64,000 nucleotides of DNA. Origin: a virus (taxonomy: Duplodnaviria > Caudoviricetes). Positions 9,283 through 19,006 of the stretch are shown piece after piece. The stretch is from the IMG/VR virus record IMGVR_UViG_3300033463_000012. One strand, written 5' to 3'. A program made the position numbers and the translations under genes. The notes under the pieces were generated by a model. That model worked only from the letters and a program-made list of their open reading frames with translations, did no database searches and was not told the DNA's origin. Each line of letters starts with the position of its first letter. Position 1 is the first letter of the stretch.

Positions 9283-10470
9283 CTAGGCCTTCTTGGGCTT
9301 TCTTCCACAGGATTTCCTTTCAATGCAGTATCCAGTCTTTTCGCATTTAGGAACGAAAAGATTGTCCGAAATCCACTTCCATTCATCGTCCAGTGCTCCT
9401 AATGCCTTCTTCAGTTCATAGGCAAGTCTGTGGATTTCATGGTATGCTCGGCCACAAAGACGCTGGTTCATGAAGTTCTCGAGCATTCTCAGGTTGCATT
9501 TCCAGATGATTTTGGTGCTCATGCCCAAAGGAAGGACATTGGCCGCATCCTCCTTTGAAACGCCGAGTTCCATCAACTTCTTGTATCCTTCCTTGATTTG
9601 ATTCATGACCTGATCATAGATTTCCTCTTGGTCAGGTTTCATCGGAGGAGTGAAGTAGTCGAATTCCGCACAATTGACATATCTGGTCGATTCCTGAAGA
9701 CGAGTTGGGGATCCTCCAATGTGGGTATAGAGTTCCCGAATTGCACGAGCGGACCACCCGGAAAGGACCACTTCAATGTCAACGAATTCCATCGTCCTAC
9801 CATGGCCTGACAGGATGCAATCCTTACCACGGGTGATGTTCTTTTCCAGATTGTCTTCCGAGTTCCAGCAAATTCCGGCCATCTTCCCGATTTTCTGCAA
9901 GGGATTTCTGGTGGTCTCGTCCAATATTACAACTTTTTCCACTTCCTTCTTTTCCACCAGTTTCGACTTGAATTCCGAGTTCCACTTCTTATCGTCCACC
10001 CAATAGGCAGGGCACTGTTTCCATGTTACGTCGAAATGGCGGATGACGTTTTCGGCCGGGATGTTGAATTCGGCCATCAGTTCCTTGGTCAATTCAATGG
10101 CCATATCAATTGTTGCCTGGTTCGGAAGGATTTCGGTCTTGGTGCTTCCGGTTCCGCAGAGTTCAATGCCTATGGAGTTCGTGTTGGTGCATTTTCCGTT
10201 GTAGGTTCCGCCTTGAGTTCCAGACAGAAGTTTCCCGCCACAATGCCAAGCCGCGTGACTGAGGGGAACGGACTGAAGGATTTCCTTGCCGTCCACGAAA
10301 AAGTGTGCAGAGGACTTGGTGACATTGTTCTTGAAGTATTTGCAGTTCCCAGCGGCCGTGTCGTTTTTGTTGGCCGTATAATGTATGACAATATAACATA
10401 CTTTGCCTAGGTCCCTGCTGGTCTTGGCGAAATTGTCCTGATGTGCCTGAACTAGTTTGTATTGCTTCAT
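9283..10470 (-). CDS. thyX: Fusion: N-acetylmuramoyl-L-alanine amidase (Amidase_2) + flavin-dependent thymidylate synthase ThyX
   Basis: N half IVIHYT, SAHFFVD, AWHCGG, NSIGIELC, RHFDV..KQCP; C half SGHGRTMEF, RELYTH, QESTRY, VLPLG, NLR...RLC.RA..EI; no stop codon between them. Confidence 0.88.
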   Translation of the reverse strand: MKQYKLVQAHQDNFAKTSRDLGKVCYIVIHYTANKNDTAAGNCKYFKNNVTKSSAHFFVDGKEILQSVPLSHAAWHCGGKLLSGTQGGTYNGKCTNTNSIGIELCGTGSTKTEILPNQATIDMAIELTKELMAEFNIPAENVIRHFDVTWKQCPAYWVDDKKWNSEFKSKLVEKKEVEKVVILDETTRNPLQKIGKMAGICWNSEDNLEKNITRGKDCILSGHGRTMEFVDIEVVLSGWSARAIRELYTHIGGSPTRLQESTRYVNCAEFDYFTPPMKPDQEEIYDQVMNQIKEGYKKLMELGVSKEDAANVLPLGMSTKIIWKCNLRMLENFMNQRLCGRAYHEIHRLAYELKKALGALDDEWKWISDNLFVPKCEKTGYCIERKSCGRKPKKA

Positions 10471-10570
10471 TTGGTGTCCTTGTTTGAAGAAAATAAAAAA
10501 CAAGCTTGGCGTCAACGGTCGTCGGTGCCAAAACCTGATAAATGCGCGTGTGTTTTCCCTTTGCCGCCAC

Positions 10571-12757
10571 CTACGAACATGCGGAATTCGCTCCTTTCAA
10601 CCATAATTTACGTTTGGTCAACTTGATCCTTGAATTTTGTAAAAAGAAAGAAGGATTAAAGGAAGAAGGAGTGTATAGGGTAGTTTGTCCACTCTTTATC
10701 TTCTCTTTCTTCTCTTTCTTTGATTGATTGATCTTTCTTTCTTGATCTGTATTTAGTAGGAAAGAAAGATTGAAAGGTAACCTTATGGTTGAAGAAACTG
10801 AAGGTTTCTTCACAAGGATGTCAAGAGACTGAAATGCAATGGAGGGCTCTTGCATCCTTGAGTTAGATTGATTTTCCTGGAGTAGAGATAGGAAAACCCT
10901 CTTTACTGTATCATGTTTCCTGACGTATCCAAGACGGAATACTTGAATCCTTGCTTGGTCTATGACTCTGTCTCTTTCCGTTGTCTTGAGGAAGTTCCAT
11001 AGTCTGAGATTCCATCCTTCCTCTTCAATCCAGTTCTTGAGGTGATTTCTCCATAGAGAGGCAACGTGCTGTCTTGAAAGGATCGAGTTCCTTCTCTGTT
11101 CAGGGGTATATGTGGAAGTCCAGGCAGTGGTGTAGAAATAGGATGCTGAATAGGCAAGGTCATGATCAGTCTTGTCCGTTTTGACCTTCTTGTATTCCTG
11201 GATGTAGAGGTCTGTCCATTGTTCCTTGGTAAGGGAGGAGACAAGATGACGGAGCTGGTCTGCAATTACCGCTGATGTGCGTTTCCTTTTGCCGGAAGGA
11301 GTGTAATATGTTTTTGCAGGAGCTGCAGGAGTTTGAACGATTTCCTTAGGTTCAGGTTCTGTTTCGACTTCCGGTTCTTCTTGAATCTGCTGGACAGGAG
11401 CTGGTTCCTCCGTGAATTCATCGAATGTGCCCTTCGCTTTCTTTTCATATTGATGTTCCATGACTTCCCGAATAGGAAGAAGGACATTGTTGAAGATGTA
11501 GAAATAGTCATCCTGATCATTGATGTGTTTTGAGATTTCATCAATGGAATCGGAGGAATTGAAGGCAAAAGGATTCTTGATGATGTATTTGGCGAAACCA
11601 GGGTCAGCGTGGGAGGAGGAGAATTCATTCCATCTGCTGTTGAGCCAGTCCATGAATTTGACTGCTGATTCTCTGGAAACCCACTTTTCGAACACCCAGC
11701 CAATTTGAATGTTTACTGTATGTCCTTTTTCCGTGACCTTGTTGTGGACGATGACGTAGGTCGGTTCAAATCCTTCCAAGTTCATTTCCCAAAGGAAGGA
11801 TTCAAGGTCAGCTTTCCAGCGGTTCAAGTTCATTCCGTCAATGTCAATGACAGCGACATTGGTGAATGGCTTGATTTTTGTTCTGATCTTGCCTTTTTCG
11901 ATCGAGATGATTTCACAAGGACCAGTCGAGAATGATCTGGAGTTTCTGGCGCTCCACATCATACGAATATATTCGAGGCCGGTGATCGGTTTGGAATTGT
12001 CTGGAATGACATCCATTTTTCTGTCACCGGGATGGAACATTTTTGATTGTTCAGTTCCGTCTTGACCTATCCATTTCTTTTTGGTGTTTCTGGAATAGGT
12101 TTCGAATTCTGCACCTATGCGAGGATAGACCATGTCGGTGAAATAGTCACCAGTTTCGTAGAATTCATATTTTCTTTTTTGAGAAGGTTTCAGTCGTTGT
12201 GTTTTTGGTTTGAATGAAATAATCTGATTGACTTTCTTTGATTCTTCATTCAGTTCTTTTGAATTCAAATTCTTGGTCAGTAGATTTTCAGTAGATGTGC
12301 CTATACGGAACAAATAGTTGTTGTTTTCCGAAGAAATATGGGAATTCATATAAATGTTGTTGACTTTATATGTCACCCAATCTTCAAAATCATCAGACTT
12401 GGTTTGCTCTTTGAGTTGCTTTCGTTTTCTTTCAGCTCTATTTCTCAGAGCGGCATAAACCTTTTTGTCCAGATAGTTCACAGGACCATAGAATTTTGTA
12501 GGTTTACCTTCTGGATCCTCATGCAATGGAAGTTCAAGTAGGTTTCCTATTTCCTCAAGATCAACAGTTTCTGACAATTTATGACGTTGCGTAACTTCGA
12601 CATAATCTCTGGAAACTGTATCATAATATCCTTGAAGGTAATCCTTGCTGACAAAATGGGAATCAAACTCCTCTACAGAAGACAGGAAAGACAACTGCTC
12701 CGGAAGCCGTTCCTTTTTTTCTGTTTCATTTTGTTCAGTCAAAGTGTCACACCTCAA
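10571..12757 (-). CDS. Putative replication initiator/primase of ColE2-Rep (AEP) type
   Basis: VAVIDIDG...PTYVIVHN...GH...ADPGFAKYIIKNPF resembles the plasmid Replicase DxD and DxxY/FxxxxxKNP motifs. Confidence 0.55.
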   Translation of the reverse strand: MRCDTLTEQNETEKKERLPEQLSFLSSVEEFDSHFVSKDYLQGYYDTVSRDYVEVTQRHKLSETVDLEEIGNLLELPLHEDPEGKPTKFYGPVNYLDKKVYAALRNRAERKRKQLKEQTKSDDFEDWVTYKVNNIYMNSHISSENNNYLFRIGTSTENLLTKNLNSKELNEESKKVNQIISFKPKTQRLKPSQKRKYEFYETGDYFTDMVYPRIGAEFETYSRNTKKKWIGQDGTEQSKMFHPGDRKMDVIPDNSKPITGLEYIRMMWSARNSRSFSTGPCEIISIEKGKIRTKIKPFTNVAVIDIDGMNLNRWKADLESFLWEMNLEGFEPTYVIVHNKVTEKGHTVNIQIGWVFEKWVSRESAVKFMDWLNSRWNEFSSSHADPGFAKYIIKNPFAFNSSDSIDEISKHINDQDDYFYIFNNVLLPIREVMEHQYEKKAKGTFDEFTEEPAPVQQIQEEPEVETEPEPKEIVQTPAAPAKTYYTPSGKRKRTSAVIADQLRHLVSSLTKEQWTDLYIQEYKKVKTDKTDHDLAYSASYFYTTAWTSTYTPEQRRNSILSRQHVASLWRNHLKNWIEEEGWNLRLWNFLKTTERDRVIDQARIQVFRLGYVRKHDTVKRVFLSLLQENQSNSRMQEPSIAFQSLDILVKKPSVSSTIRLPFNLSFLLNTDQERKINQSKKEKKEKIKSGQTTLYTPSSFNPSFFLQNSRIKLTKRKLWLKGANSACS

Positions 12758-12854
12758 TTGAATTTACTTTTTAGCTGTATTGCGTCTTTTGAGCATTTCA
12801 TTCACCTTTTCACAAAGAAGAATTCAATAATGTCAAAAATGTTTCTCTTTCCAT

Positions 12855-13085
12855 TTAATTCAAACACCTCGACACAAATGAAAGTTCCTGACCAAGAATA
12901 TCCGTCAGGTGATCATGAAGGTCATTTTGAAAACCTAGAAATTCATTGCTGAAATAGCTCCAAGACAAATCTTCCAGAAACATATGAAAATCAAGTTCCG
13001 GAGTAATGTCCTTTTCGAACAAATTGAAAATTGTTTCAGTATCACCCAACCATCCAGCCAATTTGTAGATTTCTATATCTGACAT
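12855..13085 (-). CDS. Small hypothetical protein
   Basis: MSDIEIYK..., with a CTATATTA motif upstream on the minus strand. Confidence 0.5.
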   Translation of the reverse strand: MSDIEIYKLAGWLGDTETIFNLFEKDITPELDFHMFLEDLSWSYFSNEFLGFQNDLHDHLTDILGQELSFVSRCLN

Positions 13086-13191
13086 TCGCAACCCTTTGGA
13101 TAGGACATAATCCTACCCCCTCTATAATATAGCAAGGTAGAGGATAAAAAGTCAAAATCAAATTGGCCAAAATAAAACGAAATGGCCATAA

Positions 13192-13221
13192 TGTTAGTAG
13201 ATTGTTAGTAGATTGTTAGTA
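13192..13221. repeat. Tandem 11-bp repeat (TGTTAGTAGAT x2.7) in an AT-rich divergent intergenic region
   Basis: Directly visible; flanked by TTGGCCAA and ATGGCCAT palindromes. Confidence 0.8.
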
Positions 13222-13385
13222 ATTTCACCATTATTTTACATAGAGTTTACAATAAGGAGATTCATACCCTTAAAGAAACTAAAATCTGAGCCAAAAATTT
13301 TTACAGATGGCTAGCATATATAGTGTACATTTGAGCAGTATATTGATTATATTTACACTAACCCCAACAAACAGAAGGCATCATC

Positions 13386-14414
13386 TTGAAACACATCAAA
13401 CTTTCCGACCTAAAAGAGTTCAAGGACTTTGTTCCTGTGGCTCATGAACCAGAATTCATTTCCTCTGACGTCGCGACCATCAATCTCCTCTTTTCCGGAG
13501 ACGTGAATGGCGGTATCGAGAAGGGCGTCATCAACATGATTTCAGCCGACTCGTCCCTAGGCAAGTCCATGATCGCTTTGAAGTTCCTGAAGAATGCACA
13601 GCGAAAAGGAATGGACTGCTATGTGATTGACTCCGAAACAGCTTTCAATCCCAAAATGGCGGAAGAATTCGGTGTTGACATTTCCGAAGACGCCCTTACG
13701 GTTTTCCAAACTTCCGAAATTGTCAAGATCAAACAGATCATTGCGAAGCTGGCGGAAGGAAGAACAATCGAAGAACGCAGAAACACCTTCATCGTTCTTG
13801 ACTCCTGGGGCACACTTGTTTCTCCTGTGATTTTGACAAAGGCCGAAGAAGGATCAGAAACCAAGGACCTTTCGCTTTCTCAGTGGAAGAACGACTTGGC
13901 CAACTGCTTGAAGGCATTCGGTCAGACCTACATCGTGGTCAATCACGTCATGGCAAACGTTGGTGGATTCGGCGACCCGCTCGGGGTCCCAGGAGGAAAA
14001 CGCCTCTATTTTAATTCTCAGAACGTTGTCCTAGGCATGAGCAAGGCGAAGCAGAAGGACGAAGAAGGGGACGTCGAAGGTGCAATCATCACCGCCATGG
14101 CTCACAAGGGTCGCACAGTGAAGGAAAAGTCCAAACTTCGTTTCCGTATCATGCACTCCGGTGGCCTTGATCCTTTCTATGGTCTGCTCCCCGACGCTGA
14201 AGAAGGTGGATATGTAATCAAGCCTAAGGCCGGTCGTTATTCTCGTCCTTCCGTTCCTGATGACAAGCCATGGAAGGAAACCGAAATCTACTGCAAGGAA
14301 TTCTGGGTGCCGCTTTTCCAGAACACCGACTTCAAGGAATATCTGAAGAACAAGTATACCTATCAGGCGAAGGAAGGAGAAACTTCCGACCTTTCTTCTG
14401 AATACTCCTTCTGA
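13386..14414 (+). CDS. uvsX: RecA-like recombinase UvsX
   Basis: INLLFSG, Walker A ADSSLGKS, IDSE, IVLDSWG, NHV, PGGK, GLDPFYGLL. Confidence 0.93.
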   Translation: MKHIKLSDLKEFKDFVPVAHEPEFISSDVATINLLFSGDVNGGIEKGVINMISADSSLGKSMIALKFLKNAQRKGMDCYVIDSETAFNPKMAEEFGVDISEDALTVFQTSEIVKIKQIIAKLAEGRTIEERRNTFIVLDSWGTLVSPVILTKAEEGSETKDLSLSQWKNDLANCLKAFGQTYIVVNHVMANVGGFGDPLGVPGGKRLYFNSQNVVLGMSKAKQKDEEGDVEGAIITAMAHKGRTVKEKSKLRFRIMHSGGLDPFYGLLPDAEEGGYVIKPKAGRYSRPSVPDDKPWKETEIYCKEFWVPLFQNTDFKEYLKNKYTYQAKEGETSDLSSEYSF

Positions 14415-14466
14415 TCAAGTCTAGATTAAGCAGAACAAAACCTCAACAACCAAAGGAAACACAAGC

Positions 14467-15159
14467 ATGCAAGTCACCTACAACTCCGAACTGCTCAAGG
14501 CCATCAACGACCTGACCATCATCAACGATCGTCTGGCCATCAACAAGGAAGACGAAGAAGTGAACATCAAGGCGAGCGACGAAGCCCACCTCATCATGTA
14601 TCACCTCTCGGCTCCTCTTGAAAATCTGAATCTCTCGGACACCATTGCCTTCTTTGACTATTCCCGTTTCTACAACAAGTTCTCGATGTTCGAAAATCCT
14701 ACCTTGGAAATCGACGAGGGGAACATCACTTGCAAGAGCGGGAATCGGGTGGCGACTCACAACCTCGCCTCCACTTCGGTGATCGGGAATGCCTTCAACA
14801 AGATCAACATTCCTTCGATTGACATGAAGTTCAAGCTGACCGCGGAGATGATAAAGAATTTCAAGGACCTCACCTCCAGTGCCTACTTCGACTCCAACCG
14901 CATCACCCTTGACTTCAACAATGACGTCGCCAGCTACAAGTGCCATTCCACCAAGCACGCCAACACATTCACTGATGATCTGACGGCTGAACGGGTGACC
15001 GAAGAGAAGTTCGACGTCACAATCGACGCCAAGGTCCTTTCCCTCATTCCTTCGGCCAACTATGACGTCAGCGTTTCTTCCGCCGGCATCATGGAAATGG
15101 CAATGGAACGCACCGACAACATTTCCGTCAAGCTGTATGTTGCACGGGTAGCTGAATAA
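14467..15159 (+). CDS. gp45: DNA polymerase sliding clamp gp45
   Basis: 230 aa with gp45-like pattern (LKAINDLTIIN, IAFFDYSRF, LIPSANYDVSVS, KLYVA); replication context. Confidence 0.75.
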   Translation: MQVTYNSELLKAINDLTIINDRLAINKEDEEVNIKASDEAHLIMYHLSAPLENLNLSDTIAFFDYSRFYNKFSMFENPTLEIDEGNITCKSGNRVATHNLASTSVIGNAFNKINIPSIDMKFKLTAEMIKNFKDLTSSAYFDSNRITLDFNNDVASYKCHSTKHANTFTDDLTAERVTEEKFDVTIDAKVLSLIPSANYDVSVSSAGIMEMAMERTDNISVKLYVARVAE

Positions 15160-15650
15160 TGGCGAGAAGAAAGAAGGAAGAAAAGACAGAACAGGTCGAA
15201 GGGGAGGTCAAATCCTCCCCTGATACCGCTGTTCAGGACACCCCTGAAATCCCGAAGCCGACTGTCCCTCGGGAAAAGTTGATCGAAGAGATGAACAAAC
15301 TTTCACCACTTGATCGACTCAAGATGTTGGCAAAGGTCATGGGTGTGCAGATGAACGAACCGAATCCTGATTGTCCGGTATGTCACGGGAACGGATATAC
15401 TGAGGTGAAAGAGGACGGGGAAGTTCAACCCTGCATGTGCATCTTTCCTGGTTTCGGAAACGTCAGATTGAACAGGGAACAGAGAAGGAAGTTGGCGAGA
15501 CAGAGGAGGAAACAGAAATGCCGGAATACACATACCATTGCAAGAAACACGGAAACTTCACTGTCCAAAAGTCAATGGACAAAGCAAGCGAACCCGAATA
15601 CTGCATCAAATGCGGAGAACAAGCCGAGCGAGTCTGGAACGCCAACATAG
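15159..15650 (+). CDS. Hypothetical zinc-finger protein
   Basis: CPVCHGNGY...PCMC, NREQRR; the 3' end overlaps the next gene. Confidence 0.7.
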   Translation: MARRKKEEKTEQVEGEVKSSPDTAVQDTPEIPKPTVPREKLIEEMNKLSPLDRLKMLAKVMGVQMNEPNPDCPVCHGNGYTEVKEDGEVQPCMCIFPGFGNVRLNREQRRKLARQRRKQKCRNTHTIARNTETSLSKSQWTKQANPNTASNAENKPSESGTPT

Positions 15651-15742
15651 ATCAGACGATGTATCAGCGGGAGAATTGGAGGAAGAACATTTCACCCGGT
15701 GATTACGGAAAAGTCTTGAACGGAGAACGGGACCCTTATTGA
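15518..15742 (+). CDS. FmdB-family zinc-ribbon protein
   Basis: MPEYTYHCKKHG...CIKCG...ERV; GAGGAGG RBS. Confidence 0.8.
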   Translation: MPEYTYHCKKHGNFTVQKSMDKASEPEYCIKCGEQAERVWNANIDQTMYQRENWRKNISPGDYGKVLNGERDPY

Positions 15743-15774
15743 GGTCCCTTTCTTTTTTCATAAACTTTGATCAC

Positions 15775-15799
15775 TTTGGCCGAAAAGTTATTATATTAT
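15775..15799 (+). promoter_or_regulatory. Early-type phage promoter motif
   Basis: TTTGGCCGAAAAGTTATTATATTAT, repeated upstream of five transcription units. Confidence 0.8.
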
Positions 15800-15833
15800 A
15801 TTCAGAACCACAGATGATCACAAGGAGGATCAC

Positions 15834-16118
15834 ATGCCTCAATTCGAACGCGAACTCACCCGAAACATCGCCGAGGGTTTGGTCAAGGAATTCATGGCCA
15901 AGCACAATCTCGAAAACATTGCCCAGAGTCGCCGGACCTATATGTTCGACTTCAACGGCTACCGAGTCACCCTGAACTGCCAGATGTGGTGCTTCGCTGT
16001 AAAGAATCGCGAGGCCTATGGGATCAGGGACGAATCCGCTATTTCCATGATCAAAGCTGACCTCGCGAGGATCGAAGATGGAACCCTTCCTAAAGACAAG
16101 CCGAGCATCTTTGACTGA
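15834..16118 (+). CDS. Hypothetical early protein
   Basis: AAGGAGG RBS; follows the early promoter motif. Confidence 0.8.
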   Translation: MPQFERELTRNIAEGLVKEFMAKHNLENIAQSRRTYMFDFNGYRVTLNCQMWCFAVKNREAYGIRDESAISMIKADLARIEDGTLPKDKPSIFD

Positions 16119-16440
16119 TGCTCAGATTGACTTCTCGAACAAGCTGCTGAACAAAATCTTCGTAGTCAAGTTGCAAGAAGATGGCTGGGTGAAGTCTGGA
16201 ATCTTCCCTAGCTATGGGTCGACGCTTATTATATATAGGGCAGATGAGTCCTACCTTATCTACACCCTGAAGCTGAACAAGTCCGGTGTACCCATTATTA
16301 ACTGGGTCACAACTAAAAATCCTATAAATTTCTATCGTCCCTCCCTCGGTGGAATGGCAGTTCAGTCCGAGGCGAAGATGTACAGTGAGTCCATGGAAGA
16401 TTTTTTTGCAAGAATAATTGGAGAAATTCGGCTAAAATGA
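16078..16440 (+). CDS. Hypothetical protein (start uncertain)
   Basis: 120-aa ORF filling the gap to the next promoter. Confidence 0.55.
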   Translation: MEPFLKTSRASLTDAQIDFSNKLLNKIFVVKLQEDGWVKSGIFPSYGSTLIIYRADESYLIYTLKLNKSGVPIINWVTTKNPINFYRPSLGGMAVQSEAKMYSESMEDFFARIIGEIRLK

Positions 16441-16486
16441 CCAACTTTCGAAAAAAATGCATTTTTATGAAAAAAGTTGGTTCCGT

Positions 16487-16510
16487 TTTGGCCAAAAGTT
16501 ATTATATTAT
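16487..16510 (+). promoter_or_regulatory. Early-type phage promoter motif
   Basis: TTTGGCCAAAAGTTATTATATTAT. Confidence 0.8.
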
Positions 16511-16578
16511 TAGAGCCAGGCCAGAGAAGAGTTCGAAAGCCTAGCAAGAACCACCAAGAACCTAGCCAGGAGGCACCT

Positions 16579-17430
16579 ATGAACAACACCGAAATCAAGA
16601 TCAGCACCTCTGAAGTTCCCGCCATCATCGGCGTCGACACCCACAAGACCGCCGTCAACGTCTGGGAAGAAAAGACCGGGAAGGTCACTCCCACCGAAAC
16701 CACGGAAGCCATGGAAATCGGCTCCGCCCTCAAGGAAGTCGCCAAGCGGGTCTGGGAAGTCAAGACCGGCAAGATCGTCAAGCCCGGTGTCCAGGTTTCT
16801 TCCGGTCACTCCTGCGGGACGGTCGACGGCATGGTCGACGGCACCCCGGTCATGATTCAGACGACTCCCTTCGCCTGGGACGAAATCCCGGAAGCGGTGA
16901 AGGTCAAGGCCCAGCACTACATGGCCATGGGTGGCTGGTCCTCCATCAAGGTGATCTGCATGGTCTCCGGTTGCGGCAAGGCTATCGAAGAACACGAAAT
17001 CGAAGCCGACGCCTCCGGCAAGGCCATCCTGGAAGCGGTCGAACACTTCGTCGAGAACGTCGAGAAGGAAGTCGCTCCCGCTCCTCAGACCATCGAAGAC
17101 TGCCGCCGAATCTGGTCCAAGTCCGAAGGCGACACGGTCGAAGCCACGGAAGAAATCGCGGCGAAGATCGAGGCCCTCAAGGCCGCCACCGCCAAGGCCA
17201 AGGAAGCCGAGGCCGAAGCGGACGCCCTGAAGAAGTCCATCATGGAAGTCATGGGCTCCGCCGAAACCCTCACGGTGAATGGCAAGAAGGCGATCACCTG
17301 GAAGTCCAACAAGGACTCGGTCAAGACCGACTACAAGGCCCTGGTCGAAGCCCTCGCCCCCTCGGCCGAAGTCCTGGCCGAACACACCTCCACGGTTCCC
17401 GGTGCCCGGGTTTTCCGCATCGCCAAGTAA
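16579..17430 (+). CDS. YqaJ-like viral recombinase/lambda-exonuclease family protein, active site degenerate
   Basis: ISTSEVPAIIGV, VWEEKTG, AMEIGSAL, VDG, QHYM, ITWK, RVFRI; AGGAGG RBS. Confidence 0.8.
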   Translation: MNNTEIKISTSEVPAIIGVDTHKTAVNVWEEKTGKVTPTETTEAMEIGSALKEVAKRVWEVKTGKIVKPGVQVSSGHSCGTVDGMVDGTPVMIQTTPFAWDEIPEAVKVKAQHYMAMGGWSSIKVICMVSGCGKAIEEHEIEADASGKAILEAVEHFVENVEKEVAPAPQTIEDCRRIWSKSEGDTVEATEEIAAKIEALKAATAKAKEAEAEADALKKSIMEVMGSAETLTVNGKKAITWKSNKDSVKTDYKALVEALAPSAEVLAEHTSTVPGARVFRIAK

Positions 17431-17445
17431 GTCGGTTCGGGAAAA

Positions 17446-17476
17446 GGGAAAGGGGCTCGACGAGAGCCCCTTTCTC
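17446..17476 (+). terminator. Rho-independent terminator
   Basis: GAAAGGGGCTC-loop-GAGCCCCTTTC. Confidence 0.8.
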
Positions 17477-17492
17477 ATATTGTCTAAACATT

Positions 17493-17600
17493 CTCCCTGG
17501 CTGCATAGGATGAGTTTTGAGACATTTTCTGCAAGGGTAGCTATAACTTACTAGCTATCAAATAAATGTCTCAGAATGATTCCCTGGAGATGTGGGACAG
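17493..17600. repeat. Dispersed palindromic element, copy B
   Basis: Arms TTTTGAGACATTT / AAATGTCTCAGAA around core TAGCTATAACTTACTAG (17538-17554). Confidence 0.8.
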
Positions 17601-17651
17601 TTTGGAAGATTTCGAAGAAAATGCACTTTCTGCAAAAAAGTTGATACGCTC

Positions 17652-17674
17652 GGACCAAAAAGTTATTATATTAT
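17652..17674 (+). promoter_or_regulatory. Early-type phage promoter motif
   Basis: GGACCAAAAAGTTATTATATTAT upstream of the ligase. Confidence 0.75.
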
Positions 17675-17706
17675 AAGCAAAGCCCAAAAGAACCACGGAG
17701 GCGCAC

Positions 17707-18999
17707 ATGAACACAAAGGAACTTTTCGAAGCCATCAAGAACACCCCCGGTCACGTGGAAAAGTCCAAGCTCGTCCACGCGAACATGACTGACGGACTCA
17801 AGGGCATCCTCGCCTACACCTACACTCGGGACCGCTACCACGTTCGCTCCACCAACGTGACCATCCCCGCTCCCGGCACGGACGACCTCATCTCCGTTTT
17901 CAACACCTACCCCAAGGCCACTCTGGACGACCTGAAGGCGGGGAAGATTTCCGGCAACGCGGGCATCGCGGCGGTCGAAAAGGTCCTCTCCACACTGGAC
18001 GCCTACAGCCAGCAGGTCTATCTCGCGGTCCTCGATCATAACCTCAAACTCGGGGTTTCTTCCTCGGTCATCAAGGATCTCGGCCTCAACGACAAGTTCG
18101 AAGTCGCGCTCGCCGCCAAGCTGCAGGACCAGAAGGGTTTGGACGTGTTCGACGGCAACTGGTTCGTCTCCCGCAAGCTGGACGGTTGCAGGTGCGTGGC
18201 GGAAGTCAACTGCGAAACTCGGGAAGTGAAGTTCCTTTCTCGCCAGAACAAGGAATTCACCACCCTCTCCAACCTGGTCGAGCCCATCCTCGCCAAGTTC
18301 CCCGAAACCGAAGGTATCTTCTATCTCGACGGGGAAATCTGCCTGGTGGACGACGAAGGAAACGAGGACTTCAAGGGGGTGATCTCCGAAGTCAGGAAGA
18401 AGAATCACACCATGGAACATCCCGCCTACAACGTCTTCGACCTGCTCACCTACGACGAGTTCTGGGGCACGGTGAAGTCTCCCATCTTTTCCCTCCGCCA
18501 CAAGGCCATCATCGATCGCGAGTTCGATGGGGTCTTTGTCCGCCCCCTCAAGCAGGAACGGGTCACCTCGGAAGAACAGTTCCTCAGGTGGAAGGAAGAA
18601 GTCAAGAAGGGTGGCTGGGAAGGCCTGATGCTCCGCAAGGACGCTCCCTATCTCTCGGGTCGCACGAAGGAACTCCTCAAGGTCAAGGACATGCAGGACG
18701 CCGAATACGTGGTCGAAGACGTGGTCCGCGGAGACATCTCCTACGCTGAACCGGGTCGCGGCCAGGTCACCTTCACGGACGTCATCAAGGCGCTCGTCAT
18801 CTCCCACAAGGGGGACAAGGTTCAGGTTGGCTCCGGTCTTTCCAAGGAACAGCGGCTGGAATGGGCGAAGAATCCTGCGGCCATCATCGGCAAGACGATC
18901 ACGGTCCAATACTTCGAAGAAACTCAGGCGAAGGACGGGACCTACTCGCTCCGCTTCCCCATCCTCAAGATTGTCTACGAGAACGGGCGCAACTGCTAG
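17707..18999 (+). CDS. ATP-dependent DNA ligase
   Basis: KLDGCRC, LDGEI, VFDLL, EGLMLRK, LLKVK, VGSG, TVQYFE, SLRFP. Confidence 0.96.
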   Translation: MNTKELFEAIKNTPGHVEKSKLVHANMTDGLKGILAYTYTRDRYHVRSTNVTIPAPGTDDLISVFNTYPKATLDDLKAGKISGNAGIAAVEKVLSTLDAYSQQVYLAVLDHNLKLGVSSSVIKDLGLNDKFEVALAAKLQDQKGLDVFDGNWFVSRKLDGCRCVAEVNCETREVKFLSRQNKEFTTLSNLVEPILAKFPETEGIFYLDGEICLVDDEGNEDFKGVISEVRKKNHTMEHPAYNVFDLLTYDEFWGTVKSPIFSLRHKAIIDREFDGVFVRPLKQERVTSEEQFLRWKEEVKKGGWEGLMLRKDAPYLSGRTKELLKVKDMQDAEYVVEDVVRGDISYAEPGRGQVTFTDVIKALVISHKGDKVQVGSGLSKEQRLEWAKNPAAIIGKTITVQYFEETQAKDGTYSLRFPILKIVYENGRNC

Positions 19000-19006
19000 C
19001 AGAACA

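Noticed and set aside
15518-15650. Programmed frameshift between the zinc-finger ORF and the FmdB-like ORF
   Set aside because: The downstream gene has its own strong GAGGAGG RBS; the 133-nt overlap is more simply a lost stop codon upstream.
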